A stretch of 64,000 bases of DNA, taken from NCBI GenBank assembly GCA_012295275.1, contig CM022665.1, forward strand, positions 20,274,001-20,338,000. The letters are read 5' to 3'. Under the pieces are notes generated by a model. It saw nothing but the letters and a program-made list of their open reading frames with translations, was not told the origin of the DNA and did no database searches. Positions 1-10,971 of this stretch are shown one piece after another. The position numbers were made by a program, and so were the translations under genes. The DNA comes from Chrysomallon squamiferum (Eukaryota; Animalia; Mollusca). Numbering within the stretch: the stretch's first letter is position 1; each line of letters starts with the position of its first letter.

Positions 1-708
1 TTTTTACAGATAGGTTATAATTGAAAATAAAACTGAATTTACAGATTTCCGTTAAAAATGAAACCATGTAAATTATAAAAAAACGATAAACCAGTGATTG
101 ATCGAAGAAGCCAAGCAAATACTTTATAGCTTGTTCTAGTGTATTAATGTTTGTCACCATTAATTACATACTGTTTTAATGAATGATCTTTGTAGAATTA
201 TTATTTTTATTTTATATATTTATTTACAGATCAATTTTTTAGTCTGAGATTCCAGCAGAACTTAAATTTTCTTAACATAACAAAATTGTTAATAAAGTAT
301 GAATTAAGAGTATATTTTATTATCTGCATTATTGAAAATCCTCAAATGGAAAGATTATAGATAATGTATGCTTCTTTATGCAAGGACTTTACATAAAAGT
401 AAGATAAACACTAACATACAAATTAAAAATTAAACCTGAATCCTTATTTACAATTGTTGCTAGTTTGTTTTGTCATTTGAATAATAGTTTGTAAATCTTA
501 CTTTGTAATTAAACTAAATGTGCCACACTTGTGAAAAAAAGAATTAGTTTTGTAGTTTGAATAATAACTTGCAGATGTTTATTTTCTAATAAAAGTAAAT
601 ATGCCACACTAGTACATTTATTTACAGAGTTACAGGCTATATTTACCACACTCTTGTTATGAATGTTTTTAAATTTTAAATTGAAGATACATGATTTTCT
701 AACCAAGG

Positions 709-812
709 ATGCCTAGAGTAACTAGAAGTGCATTGTCCAGCCCTGCACGGGCCAGCCCCAGGGAGTCAACTAAAGCCTCTTCAACAAGTTCAAAATCATC
801 ACCAGCGCCAAA
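709..812 (+). CDS. EEP-domain gene, first visible coding exon (MPRVTRSALSSPARASPRE...)
   Basis: aag|G-ATG at 705-711; strong donor aa|gtaagt at 813; phase 2 matches the next exon. Confidence 0.7.
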
Positions 813-3800
813 GTAAGTCACATCCATTAAAAATAATGTTTCTTTTTCACTCGGCTGTACAATAGCAGAAACAATTTTATAACGGCTTCATCAATTAAAC
901 ATTAATACCATTTATAGGCTACAAAATCTATAACTTTATTAAACATTAGTATTATTTATGTGTCATATAAAATCAATAACTTGTGTATGGCTGTTAAATG
1001 TGAGATACTAGAATGAGATGTAGTTTGTTCTAAAACAGGTAAAGATAATTTAATGCTGGATATGTTGTATATGGTCTTTAAGTATTGTTATTTTAAAACT
1101 AGGCAATATATTGTTATATTAAAATTTGATGTTTATCATAATAAAACTCAAGTGTTGTATTATTTTTATTAAAAAAATCATGGTAATGTAAAATCAGGAA
1201 TGGCATTATTATTTTAAAAGTAGGTTTTATATATTATGAAACTCAAGTACTGTATTATTATAAAACTAGGTATTGCATTATTTTAAAATTAGATGTGTTG
1301 TTATTAATAATACAAAACTAGGTGTGGTAGTGGTATTATAAAACTAGGTGTTGTATTGTGATTGTTATTATTATTGTTATTTCTTTTTATTATAAAACTG
1401 TTGTATCATATATTTTAAAACTCATTGTCATATTATTGTTTTAAAACTAGTTTTTTGTGTTTTTGTTTTTTGAATAGATCTGTGTTGTATTATTACTTAT
1501 AAAACTGATTCATGTGTTATTTCAGAACTCGACAGGGAAGCAAGGCAGCTGAACCTGAACCTCAAACATCCGTTGAGGAAAATGAAGAAAAAGTAACTCG
1601 ACGTCAGGCAAAGGACAAAGGAACAGGTTTGTATACAGATTTCTTCTAAATCTCTTATTATGCCTTCTAATTTTTGCAGCATTTCCAGGACATGCAAATC
1701 TTACTGTCATTTTTTATTAGTCTCCCTTCCATAATTGTAGTTTATTTCTTTGTTTAATACTTAATTGTAAATTTATGTAAGATACTTTGGCATTAAACAT
1801 GTAACACATTACCAAAATAAAACAACTTTGGAAATGAGGTACTGAGATCATTGTAACAAGCAGTCATTTACCAAGTTAGAATAATAATAAAACTTATAGA
1901 AATAGTTGCAGATATCAGTTTTCAGATATATTCTCTTTAAATCTTTTGAATACTGAAAACAAGATAGATTTCTGACATACAAGTCTCCAAACTTTGTGTG
2001 CATGCCCGTGTTGGTGTGTAATTCATATTCTGATGTAGATTATATAATGTTAATAACAAAATTTAGTAATGTTTATTACTCAGACTTTAAATTTGTCTTG
2101 TTGTTATCATTTAAGAAACATAAAAATAAGAACTGGATATAAATGGTTGTTAAAAATAATATGTCCAACGAGAAGATAGTTATTATAAATAATTGTACCT
2201 GGTGATTCTAATTAGTTTAGAAACAAGAATAAGATATAAATAATTGTTAGAAGTAAAATATCTTGTTATAATTACTTAAGAAACATAGAAATGAGATTTT
2301 GTTGAAAGTTAAGTTGAAATAATATACAAATAAGATTTTGTTGAAATAATATGTTTAAGAAGAAGACAGTTGCATACATATAATTCTTACCTGATTATAA
2401 TTACTTAATAAACAAGAATAAGATATAAACGATTGTTAAAAATAATAAGAAAATGGTTTCATATAATTATTTATGTTGTCAAGGTGATGCTGGCACCCGA
2501 AGACGAAGTGGGCATAGAAGTTCAGAGACAGCAGAGGAGGCTGATGTGAAAACGAAAGGCAAAGGGGCAAAGACTGGAACACCAAAACAACAGAAAGATG
2601 ACTCAAAGGAAGAAGAAGCATCACCTAGGTAACAAAACTTTTCTTCTTTTCTTTCACAGAACTTTTAACCAATACTCTTCTAGCATTTGTGTTTACTAAG
2701 TTTATTTATCTTGTGAATATATTTGTTTTACACAGCAGTTTTAATAATTACATATATTCATTATGATCCGTGTTTGTGTTAATAAATAAGCAGGATATTT
2801 TTTTTTTATTCTTTTTTTCCCCCCATTCTTATAATTTCAATGTGTCTGCTTTTATGCAAATATTAGATAAGTTGCTATTGTAAATTATTTTTTTTTTTTT
2901 TTTTTTTTTATAGAATATATATAAATAGTAGATGAATTATTATTATAATACATTATTTTTATTTTTTGTGTGTGTGTGTATGTACCGATACTAGATCTAT
3001 CACTATTGTAACATATTATTTGTTTGTTTATATATGTACAAATATTAGACAAATTGTTGCTGTAAATTATTTTTCGTTTTCTTTTTATAATATATACACA
3101 AATGTTAGATGAGTCACTACTGTAGAAAATTATTTATATTTTTGCTCATATATATACAAACATTAGATGTATTATTATTATAGTAAATTACTTTTATTAT
3201 TGTTTATATAAACAAATATCAGATGTGTGGTATTTGTTATAGATTATGTATGTTACATTTATAAGAAACTATGATAAATTACAGTTAATTATAATAATTT
3301 CAGGGGGAGATCTCTTCGACAGGGAGGAAAACGCCAGCAGAAAGAAGAAGAACAAGAAGAGGAAGTTGAGAAGGAAGAAACACCAACATCCAGGTATTGA
3401 TTTAACACTCACAAAACAGTCATCTTCTCTTGTCTTTTCCTCTAGATAGATCGGTGACCAAACTAATTAAAAAATAAAGTCACACAGACTGAACCTTAAC
3501 ACACACAGTGATTTATACTGGTACAGGTTTTGAATGTTGATGTTTTTCAGGGTATTGTCAATATTGCCTTGGGTTTAACCAAGGCAGTTTAGTTTTTATA
3601 AAGTTTTCATGAAAATCATTGACATTGTTGCAGCTTGTAATTACATTACAGCCAATAAGTAATCAAAACTGTTTATGTGAATTATTTGTACCTAAAAAAA
3701 AAAAAAAAAAAATTGATAATTTTGTGCATTTGGCAGCCTTGGCGATTGTCCACATTTTGAGGCATCAAGGCAAATACTGAAGGCAAGCAACAGCACTTGC

Positions 3801-6800
3801 CATGAAATTCAAAGCTTACAGACTAAAGCGTAATTTAAAAAAAAATATATCTTTGTTTGATTTACTTGTTACCGAAAATAAAATGACACAGAATAATTGA
3901 AAATTAAAATTTTTATTGTTGTCTGATTTGCTTGTTACTAAAAATAAAGTGACACAGACAATCATAATTAAATTTTTTATCTTCGTTTGATTTACTTGTT
4001 ACTATAAATAAAGTGATGCAGAATAAATGGCAATTAAAACTATTGTTTTTGATTCACTTGTTATTAAAAAAAAGAGACAGACTAAATAATAAACAAGTTA
4101 TCTTTGTTTGATTCACTTGTTATTTCAAATAAAAGTGACAGACTAAATAATTACATTTTTGTCTTTGTTTGATTTACTTGTTATTAAAACTAAAGTGACA
4201 CAGACTAAATAATAATTAAAATTTTATCTGTTTGATTCACTTGTTATTTAAAATAAAGTGACAGACTAAATAATAATTAAGATTTTTTCTTTCTTTGATT
4301 TACTTGTTATTAAAAGTAAATTGTCACAGAATAAATAATAATTAAAAATGTACCTTTTTTTTTATTATTCATTTGTTACTAAAAATTAAGTGACACAGAT
4401 TAAATAATACTAAAATTATTATATTTGCTTTAGTTTATTTGACTTACCTGTTACTAATTATTACTTTCTTGCCTGTTGAGCTGTGTATTTATTTATTCTT
4501 TATGAAATTCCTGATGTGTGTACTGTTTTAAATAAAAGTTATTTCTCAGATATTAAAATTAACTTTGTGTATTTCAGAGGTAAAACCCGTGGACGTGGAG
4601 CCAAGCAAACAAAAAAAGAGGAGGAGGAAGAAAAAGATGTCGAAATGCCTTCCAGGTGAAAACTTTTTTCTCTCTTTTTAATTGTTCTTATTATTTATTT
4701 TCTTATTTATTTAGATACTTTTTTATTTATTTTATGTGTACTAAGGTGTGAGATTTAAAAAACCCCAATGTAGTTGTTAAATGAATAACTGAAGTAAAAT
4801 TGATGTTTCAGTTTTGTTTCTTAGTAACTTTGTGCAGGAAATAATTATCTCCTCTTTGTTGACTTATAAACAGCCTCCTCATCCAGTGAATTACTTCTAA
4901 AATATTTGAATATTACCTGTAAATTAAATATTTCAAAACCAAAAAAGTACGCATTTATCAACATACTTAGTAACATTTTTAAAACATTTATTAGAAAAAC
5001 AAATAATCATTCTTTGCTCATAATAATTCATTGTTTATCTTAAAACAGATTTTTGGGGTAATAATTTCTTCATGCATCTACATCTAAAAAAAAAGTATAC
5101 TTTTTAAATGTGTGATTGTCATAATTATCATTGTTTTTTACATCTAACTTAGCTGTTTTTTTACAGATTTAGCAAACCATTTAAGCATTCAAGTAAGTTT
5201 TATTTGTAAACAACGGAAATTAGAAAAAAATAATTACATTTTATACTATAATCTGTATTTTGATTGAAAATGTTGATTGAAAACAGCAGTAGGAGAAAAC
5301 GTGGCAAACAGCAGATGGAAGAAGAGGAAGATAAGGGAGCTGAAGAGGTGAAAGCAGGTACTCCAACATCAAGGGGACGAGGCAGGAAGAGTGCTGGTAA
5401 GGAGACAGAAGAGGAGCAGCAGGAGATACCTGTGAAGGATGTGCAGGAGACGCCAACACGCCGTGGCCGAGGTAAACTGCAGGTGAAGTCACAGGATAAA
5501 ATAACAACACCTTCACCACCTTCATCAAGAGGTCGATCACTTAAGGAGAAACAGGAGGAGACGGAAGCTATGGAAGTGGAGGAGGTGAAAGGCAAGGAGG
5601 AGACTACAACACGGCGTAGGGGCAGAAAACCTGAGGTGTCAGCATCAGAGCCTAAATCACCTGAAGTGACGATGTCTCCTAGAGGCCGACGTCGCCAACC
5701 TGCTAAAGAAGTAGCCGATGTTTCCAGTGGGCGGCGAGGGCGCTCAGCAAAGAAGGAGGAATCGGAAAAGAAAGATTTGTCGGCAAAGTCTGGCGAAGAT
5801 CTAGAAGCCCCTGCACTCAAAGATGAAACAGCGGTAACTGAGGTGAAACCTCAGTCTGCTGATCCTCCCAGCATAGAACAGGAAGCTCCCAGCATCCATC
5901 TGGAGAATGTTACTGAGACACCAGCAAAGAAAGAGGGTGACTCGGAGATGCCCAAGATTGAAGCTGAGCAGCCAATGTCTATTGATGAGGAAGCAGCAGC
6001 AGCTAAAGAAAAGAATGTGGATGCTGAGAAACAGAAGCAGCTGGGTGTTAATTTAGATAAAGCACAGAATAAATTAGTCTTCCAGGGATCTGCAGCAGAG
6101 GGTGACTCTGCTGTAGGAAAAAGTGAGGGTGCACCAAGTGACAAACAGAAAGATATTGTGGATGATGCAGCCAATGGAATTCCAGTAGAGAAATCTCTCT
6201 CTTCTCAGGACCAAAACAGAAAACGTAAATTAGACCAGCAGGTCGTGGATTCAGAATCTTTAAGTTCAAAGCGAACAAAGATAAATGGTGATGAAACCAT
6301 AGCTGACAAAGCAGAAATGGCAGGTGACGTAAAAAGCAATAAGTCGAGTGACACGTCACAGACTAAAAGCAAGTCTGACGTCAGTATAAAGGATGACACT
6401 ATGGAAGATACACTGAAGGATTATGTAGTTGTATCTAACAGTGACATCCCACCACCAGACAGCAAGGAGGTGGTCGAGGCAGCTCCCAAGTTAACAACTA
6501 AGACAACAGCAGCCGATGCCACAGCAACAGACACTGGAAAGTCTGCTTCTAGCAGTGATCAAGTAACATCTTCACAGGTGACATCTGATCAGAAAATGGA
6601 CAGCTCATCTGACACTATGCAGTCTTCAAAGGTTGAAAGTTTTTGTTGTTTTAAATTTAGAATAATAGATTGGTTAAGTTTCTGTAAGGTTATTAAATTT
6701 GTATAATATGGCAGTATTTTTGTCATCTTTTTAATTTTATTTTGAGTTTACTATAACAGTTGTCTGCATAAGTTTATTAGGTTCACACAGCACAGCAATA

Positions 6801-7820
6801 TTTTTAAATTTCATTTTCATTTAAGAATAATAGATTGGTTAAGTTTGCATAAGTTTATTAAATTCATGTAGGATTACAGTATTTTTGTCATCTTTTTTAT
6901 ATTGAATTTAGAATTAAGAGATCGGTTAAGTTGTTTAAATAACTGCATTAAATTCATATAGCACAACTATTTTTTAATTTTATTTTGAATTAAAGAATAA
7001 TAGATCGATTAAGTTAACAAAAGATTATTAAATTTAAATAGTACAACAATACTTTTATCCTCTTTGTTAATTTATCTTTTACAGTGTAATCCTTGAAAAG
7101 AATAAAGGTAGTATATTTGTATAAACGTAAAAATAACAGTTAAAATTAATACAGTGTGTGAGGCAAAGCTAAAAATTAGATGAATGTTTTGATTCAGGTT
7201 TCTGACACGTCCTCACAGACTGCAGGGCAGGGCAAAGTGCCAGAATCCACTTCAGAACCCATGGAGGTAGACGATGCTGATTCAGCAGCTGTGACAGCAT
7301 CTTCAGATGGTAAACAACAAGACGCAGTATTGACGACAAACAATTTGCAGTCAGCCAAGCAGAACCCCAGTGACTCAAACACCCACTCTGTTTTCCCCAC
7401 TGCAGGAACAAGTCACGATATTTTCCACAGAACATTTCTTCCCAATCCGTCAGTTCCTCTGAACTCAACCGATGTATCACACAGATTCAGTATAGTCACT
7501 TACAACATCCTCGCAGACTGTAACATGAGGAAGCCTTGCTATAACTACGACTACACCGAGCCTGAGTACTTAGAACAGGAATACAGACACAAGCTGTTGA
7601 TGGAGGAACTGCGTTACCTTGACAGTGACATAGTGTGTCTGCAGGAGGTCAATCCCGATTACTTTAAAAATATGCTTGAACCAGCCATGAACAGGTTTGT
7701 TTCAGTATTGTTGAAATAATAACAAAATAATTACTTGTTGAATTTTGAAAACAAACAGTAGAAATTTATCCCAACCACTTTCTACAGTTAAATTTTTATT
7801 TTATTTTATTTTATTTTTTA

Positions 7821-7851
<31 letters not shown>

Positions 7852-10800
7852 ATTTTTATTTTATTTCTTTTTTGAGTGTGGGTTTAAAATAATAATTTTT
7901 TATTTTTTTCAAAGATTGCCAAATTTTTACAAAACACTTTTTTTTTATTGGTTTGATGTTTTGAAATTGTCAGTGTTGTTTTATCTTTATTTACTATGAA
8001 TACTTTTCCAGCATGGGATACCAGGGTGGTATGATGAGGAGAACAATTGAAGAGTTCAATGAAGGGGAGGCAACTTTTTTCAAAATAAACAGATTCAGTC
8101 TGATTGACAGTGAAGGTGTGTCTCTCACAGAACTCGCCAACAAGGTAAACACCAAGCATCTTAAACATTTTTTATTAAATATAATGTTAATGTTAGATAT
8201 CTTAACATGTTAAACATTAATTTTTGTTACATTCATCCTCTGAAGTAACTTAGTAAACAAAAGTATTACACTGATTTTAATGTGCAATTAGTGATTTTGT
8301 TCTGGTTGTTGAACAACATATTTAATAATTCTCTCTCTGTCTGTCTGTTTGTCTGTCTTTTGCTTGCCCCTCTGTATCTTTCTGTCTGTTTCTCTGTCCT
8401 GGTTGCCTCCTGTATATGTATGTGTCTCTATTCTATATATATGATTTATGACAGGAACTAGAAGAGGCAGGTCTGTCAGATGAAGTTAAGCAGGCTGCTC
8501 AGAAATATCTGAAAAAGGCGGATGTTGCATACATTTCACAACTGAAATGTAACTTCACGCACAACACTGTTACTATTGGAAACGTGCACATTGTGTGGGA
8601 CGACCACAAACACCCAGATATACAGTGTATTCAGGTATGTTACTTTTTCAGTAATTTCTGCTGTTTAGAGGTTTTGCCCTTTCACTGCATATTTAAATTT
8701 CACAGTCATTCCTGTAATGATGTTAATTATACAGCAAGCAGTAGAATTCATATATTTCTGGACTGATAAAATATTTAATGCTGAAACAAATTTTAGTGGA
8801 TTTATCCACTTGTCACATTACTGATTTTGTTCTCTCAAAGTTTTAAAAATAAATTTTCTGTACGTATATAGGTCAGGTTTAGAAAATAATGAATATCTAT
8901 AGTTAAGTTGTATTGGTTTTTTATCACATTTAAATTAAAGTATGTCATATTGTTATTTGTGTTAGTAATTCCAGTTTAGTGGTTTTATTAGTGACCATAT
9001 TTTCTCAGAATTTTTGGAAAATATAGTTTTAATATTAATATAGAAGTGGGATGTAGAAAATTATTAATGATTCTCTTTAGCTGAATTTTCATTTGTTATT
9101 ATAATTATTACATGTTTTTAAACTAGTGTACCATGCTGGGAAAAGTAACATATGTTGGCTATCACTTATTGGGCAGTGATTAATCTAGTTCTGTTAGTAA
9201 GCCAGCAGAAATTTTTTCTAATATTATTTAAAGTATTGTTGCTAATTTTTAATGGAGCTTCTTGCTGTATAAATATGGTTAGTATCACTTGCAAACATAG
9301 GCAAGCCATTCCAATTTGTTTTTCTCCACTTGTTATATTCTGGTAACTTCTAACCCTAACCATGATCTCAGTGAACACAAGAAATGTTTCTTGTTGTTAA
9401 ACACTATGCTATCCATAAAAGATGAGACAGAACTTGTAAAAACAAAAATGAATAGCTGTATTTAGAACATTTCAAAGATAGGACAAGGTGGTAAATTGTT
9501 GAACAAAAATGTGTTAAAACCAAACCACTTACTAATCAGCAAAACTAATAAATTGGCATGCAGCATTAGTGATGGTCAACCTATTTTAGTAAAATCTGCA
9601 GCAGTGTTATTTTCTAGAATTAGTGGTATGTACTGTCCTGTCTGTAAAACACACACTGATAATAACCTGACATGTAGCATTAAATAAAAACAACTTTGTA
9701 CAGATTGCATGTGCTATCAAGGAGGTAGTGAACCGGGCAGGAAGTAACGAGGCATCTCACGTTATCTGTGGAGATTTCAACTCTAACTCATCCAGTCCTG
9801 GCTATCAGCTTGCCTGTGATGGCTATCTCAGTGACTCCAGTTTGTCCACTCTGCAAGCTCTGGAAAACCTTGAAGTGTCTGAGGGATCAGTATGTAGTAT
9901 TTATACTGTTCTTTTTTTATTATTATTTCTTTTTTTGTTTGTTACTAAATTTTAAAAAAGATATAATTATAAAAATTCATTTTTTTTATCATTAAATTCA
10001 TTTTCTCTCCTTATTATACAAGTCAAATTTATATTTATATTTGAAAAAGCCATCAGTTGATGAGAATTTAGTTAATATTTCCACATAACGTTTCTGTATT
10101 TTTTTTTTTAACCAACAATTTTAAATACACTAAACAGAGCTGACGTGTGTAAATGAGATTGTGATAGTTTCACATGTATAATGAGACAGTTTGTTTTATC
10201 AGAAATCGCTAGTGAATCATGTTTGGAGAGCCTTCCAGCACACCTCATCAACTCTGAGAAGTGCTTACTCTACAGTCCAGGTAGACACACACACACACAG
10301 TCAGTCAGTCTGTCTGTTTATCTCATATTTGAATCATTATCCACAATTCTTTATACACCTATATGATTAATAATCGACAAAAGTTTTAATAACCCTGCCT
10401 AAACCCCCCTCTCTTTCTCTCTCTCTTGCACACACAGTTTTCTGTGCCTCTAACAGACACATTCTCTCTCTTTCTCTTTTACACTTCAACACTCTAACAT
10501 ATATACATTCTTTCTCTCTCTCACTTTTTTTTTATCTCTCTCTGTCTCTCCCTCTATTACACACATATAGTTATTGTGTTGTGGGTTCTTTGTGCATATT
10601 TTTTTATTGTAATTCATTTCCTTTTGTTTACTGCATCTTTGTCTTCCCTCTAGACTTTAAATGATTAATTACAAAAATTTTGAAATTTTCCTTGAAAGAA
10701 AGTAAAATGACAAAACCTGCTAACAATTCTGCCTGCCACTTTCTTTAAGTCTTATCTCAATTAACAGAAACACGAGCCTGCTTTGACAACGTTCACACGA

Positions 10801-10971
10801 TTTTACCACGATGCTGTGGACTACGTGTTTCACAACAGCAGCAGCCTTGAAACTCTCGGAGTTCTAGAGACCGTCAATGCCGAAGTAATTGACGCCACAG
10901 GAGGGCTGCCATCTAAGTCGTTCCCATCTGATCATGTCTCATTGAAGGCAGAGCTGTCATTTAAAAATTAA
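709..10971 (+). CDS. EEP-superfamily (CCR4/Angel/nocturnin/PDE12-like) phosphoesterase with long disordered N-terminus, ~1046 aa, 12 coding exons
   Basis: Exons 709-812, 1526-1626, 2484-2628, 3304-3393, 4578-4655, 5287-6631, 7198-7694, 8012-8144, 8455-8634, 9704-9889, 10203-10280, 10768-10971. All are GT-AG bounded and phase-compatible (sum 3141 nt = 1047 codons). EEP motifs appear in order: TYNILAD, DIVCLQEV, GEATFF, NVHIVW, CGDFNS, DYVF, PSDH. The start ATG at 709 follows an acceptor, so more upstream exon(s) may exist. Confidence 0.88.
1040..1510. repeat. Degenerate ~30-bp intronic tandem repeat (aaaactaggtgttgtattatt core)
   Basis: Recurring aaaactag/aaaactca...gtattatt units. Confidence 0.6.
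1526..1626 (+). CDS. EEP-domain gene exon (TRQGSKAAEPEP...)
   Basis: ttatttcag acceptor, ag|gtttgt donor, open frame, phase 2 to 1. Confidence 0.75.
2484..2628 (+). CDS. EEP-domain gene exon (DAGTRRRSGH...EEEASPR)
   Basis: aag acceptor, ag|gtaaca donor, open purine-rich frame, phase 1 to 2. Confidence 0.75.
3304..3393 (+). CDS. EEP-domain gene exon (GRSLRQGGK...ETPTSR)
   Basis: tttcag acceptor, ag|gtattg donor, phase 2 to 2. Confidence 0.78.
3850..4455. repeat. ~60-bp intronic minisatellite, about 10 copies
   Basis: Repeated tttgattyacttgttattaaaaataaagtgacacagactaaataataattaaaa. Confidence 0.85.
4578..4655 (+). CDS. EEP-domain gene exon (GKTRGRGAK...EMPS)
   Basis: atttcag acceptor, ag|gtgaaa donor, phase 2 to 2. 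Confidence 0.78.
5287..6631 (+). CDS. EEP-domain gene large low-complexity exon (E/K/S/T-rich, RGR repeats, bipartite NLS-like RKRK...KRTK)
   Basis: Within ORF 5264-6706; acceptor cag/cag/tag at 5284-5292; donor aag|gttgaa at 6632. Confidence 0.85.
6650..7040. repeat. ~85-bp degenerate intronic tandem repeat
   Basis: Repeated gaataatagattggttaagtt...ttattaaatt near 6660, 6825, 6910, 6995. Confidence 0.6.
7198..7694 (+). CDS. EEP-domain gene exon, start of catalytic domain (FSIVTYNILAD...DIVCLQEV)
   Basis: Within ORF 7180-7719; ttcag acceptor and ag|gtttgt donor. Confidence 0.92.
8012..8144 (+). CDS. EEP-domain gene exon (MGYQG...EGEATFFK)
   Basis: tttccag acceptor, aag|gtaaac donor. Confidence 0.9.
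8455..8634 (+). CDS. EEP-domain gene exon (...TIGNVHIVWDDHKHPDIQCIQ)
   Basis: acag acceptor, cag|gtatgt donor, 60 codons. Confidence 0.9.
9704..9889 (+). CDS. EEP-domain gene exon (VICGDFNS)
   Basis: tacag acceptor, ca|gtatgt donor, GDFN catalytic motif. Confidence 0.92.
10203..10280 (+). CDS. EEP-domain gene exon (AFQHTSSTLRSAYS)
   Basis: tttatcag acceptor, cag|gtagac donor; H...L.SAY pattern typical of CCR4-type EEP domains. Confidence 0.88.
10768..10971 (+). CDS. EEP-domain gene last exon (TTFT..DYVF..GLPS..FPSDH)
   Basis: aacag acceptor; PSDH catalytic motif; TAA stop; AATAAA at 11039-11044. Confidence 0.93.
   Translation, partial: KHEPALTTFTRFYHDAVDYVFHNSSSLETLGVLETVNAEVIDATGGLPSKSFPSDHVSLKAELSFKN

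Noticed and set aside
3523-3820. Possible decayed MITE (caggttttgaat ... attcaaagctt)
   Set aside because: The terminal match is short and imperfect and no TSD is evident.
3850-4455. Regularly spaced repeats superficially like a CRISPR array (also 26970-27452, 42410-42870)
   Set aside because: Eukaryotic intronic DNA; whole units are degenerate tandem copies with no unique spacers and no cas genes.
5200-6399. Minus-strand ORFs overlapping the large exon (also + strand ORFs within 16874-18221)
   Set aside because: Antisense shadows of real coding exons.
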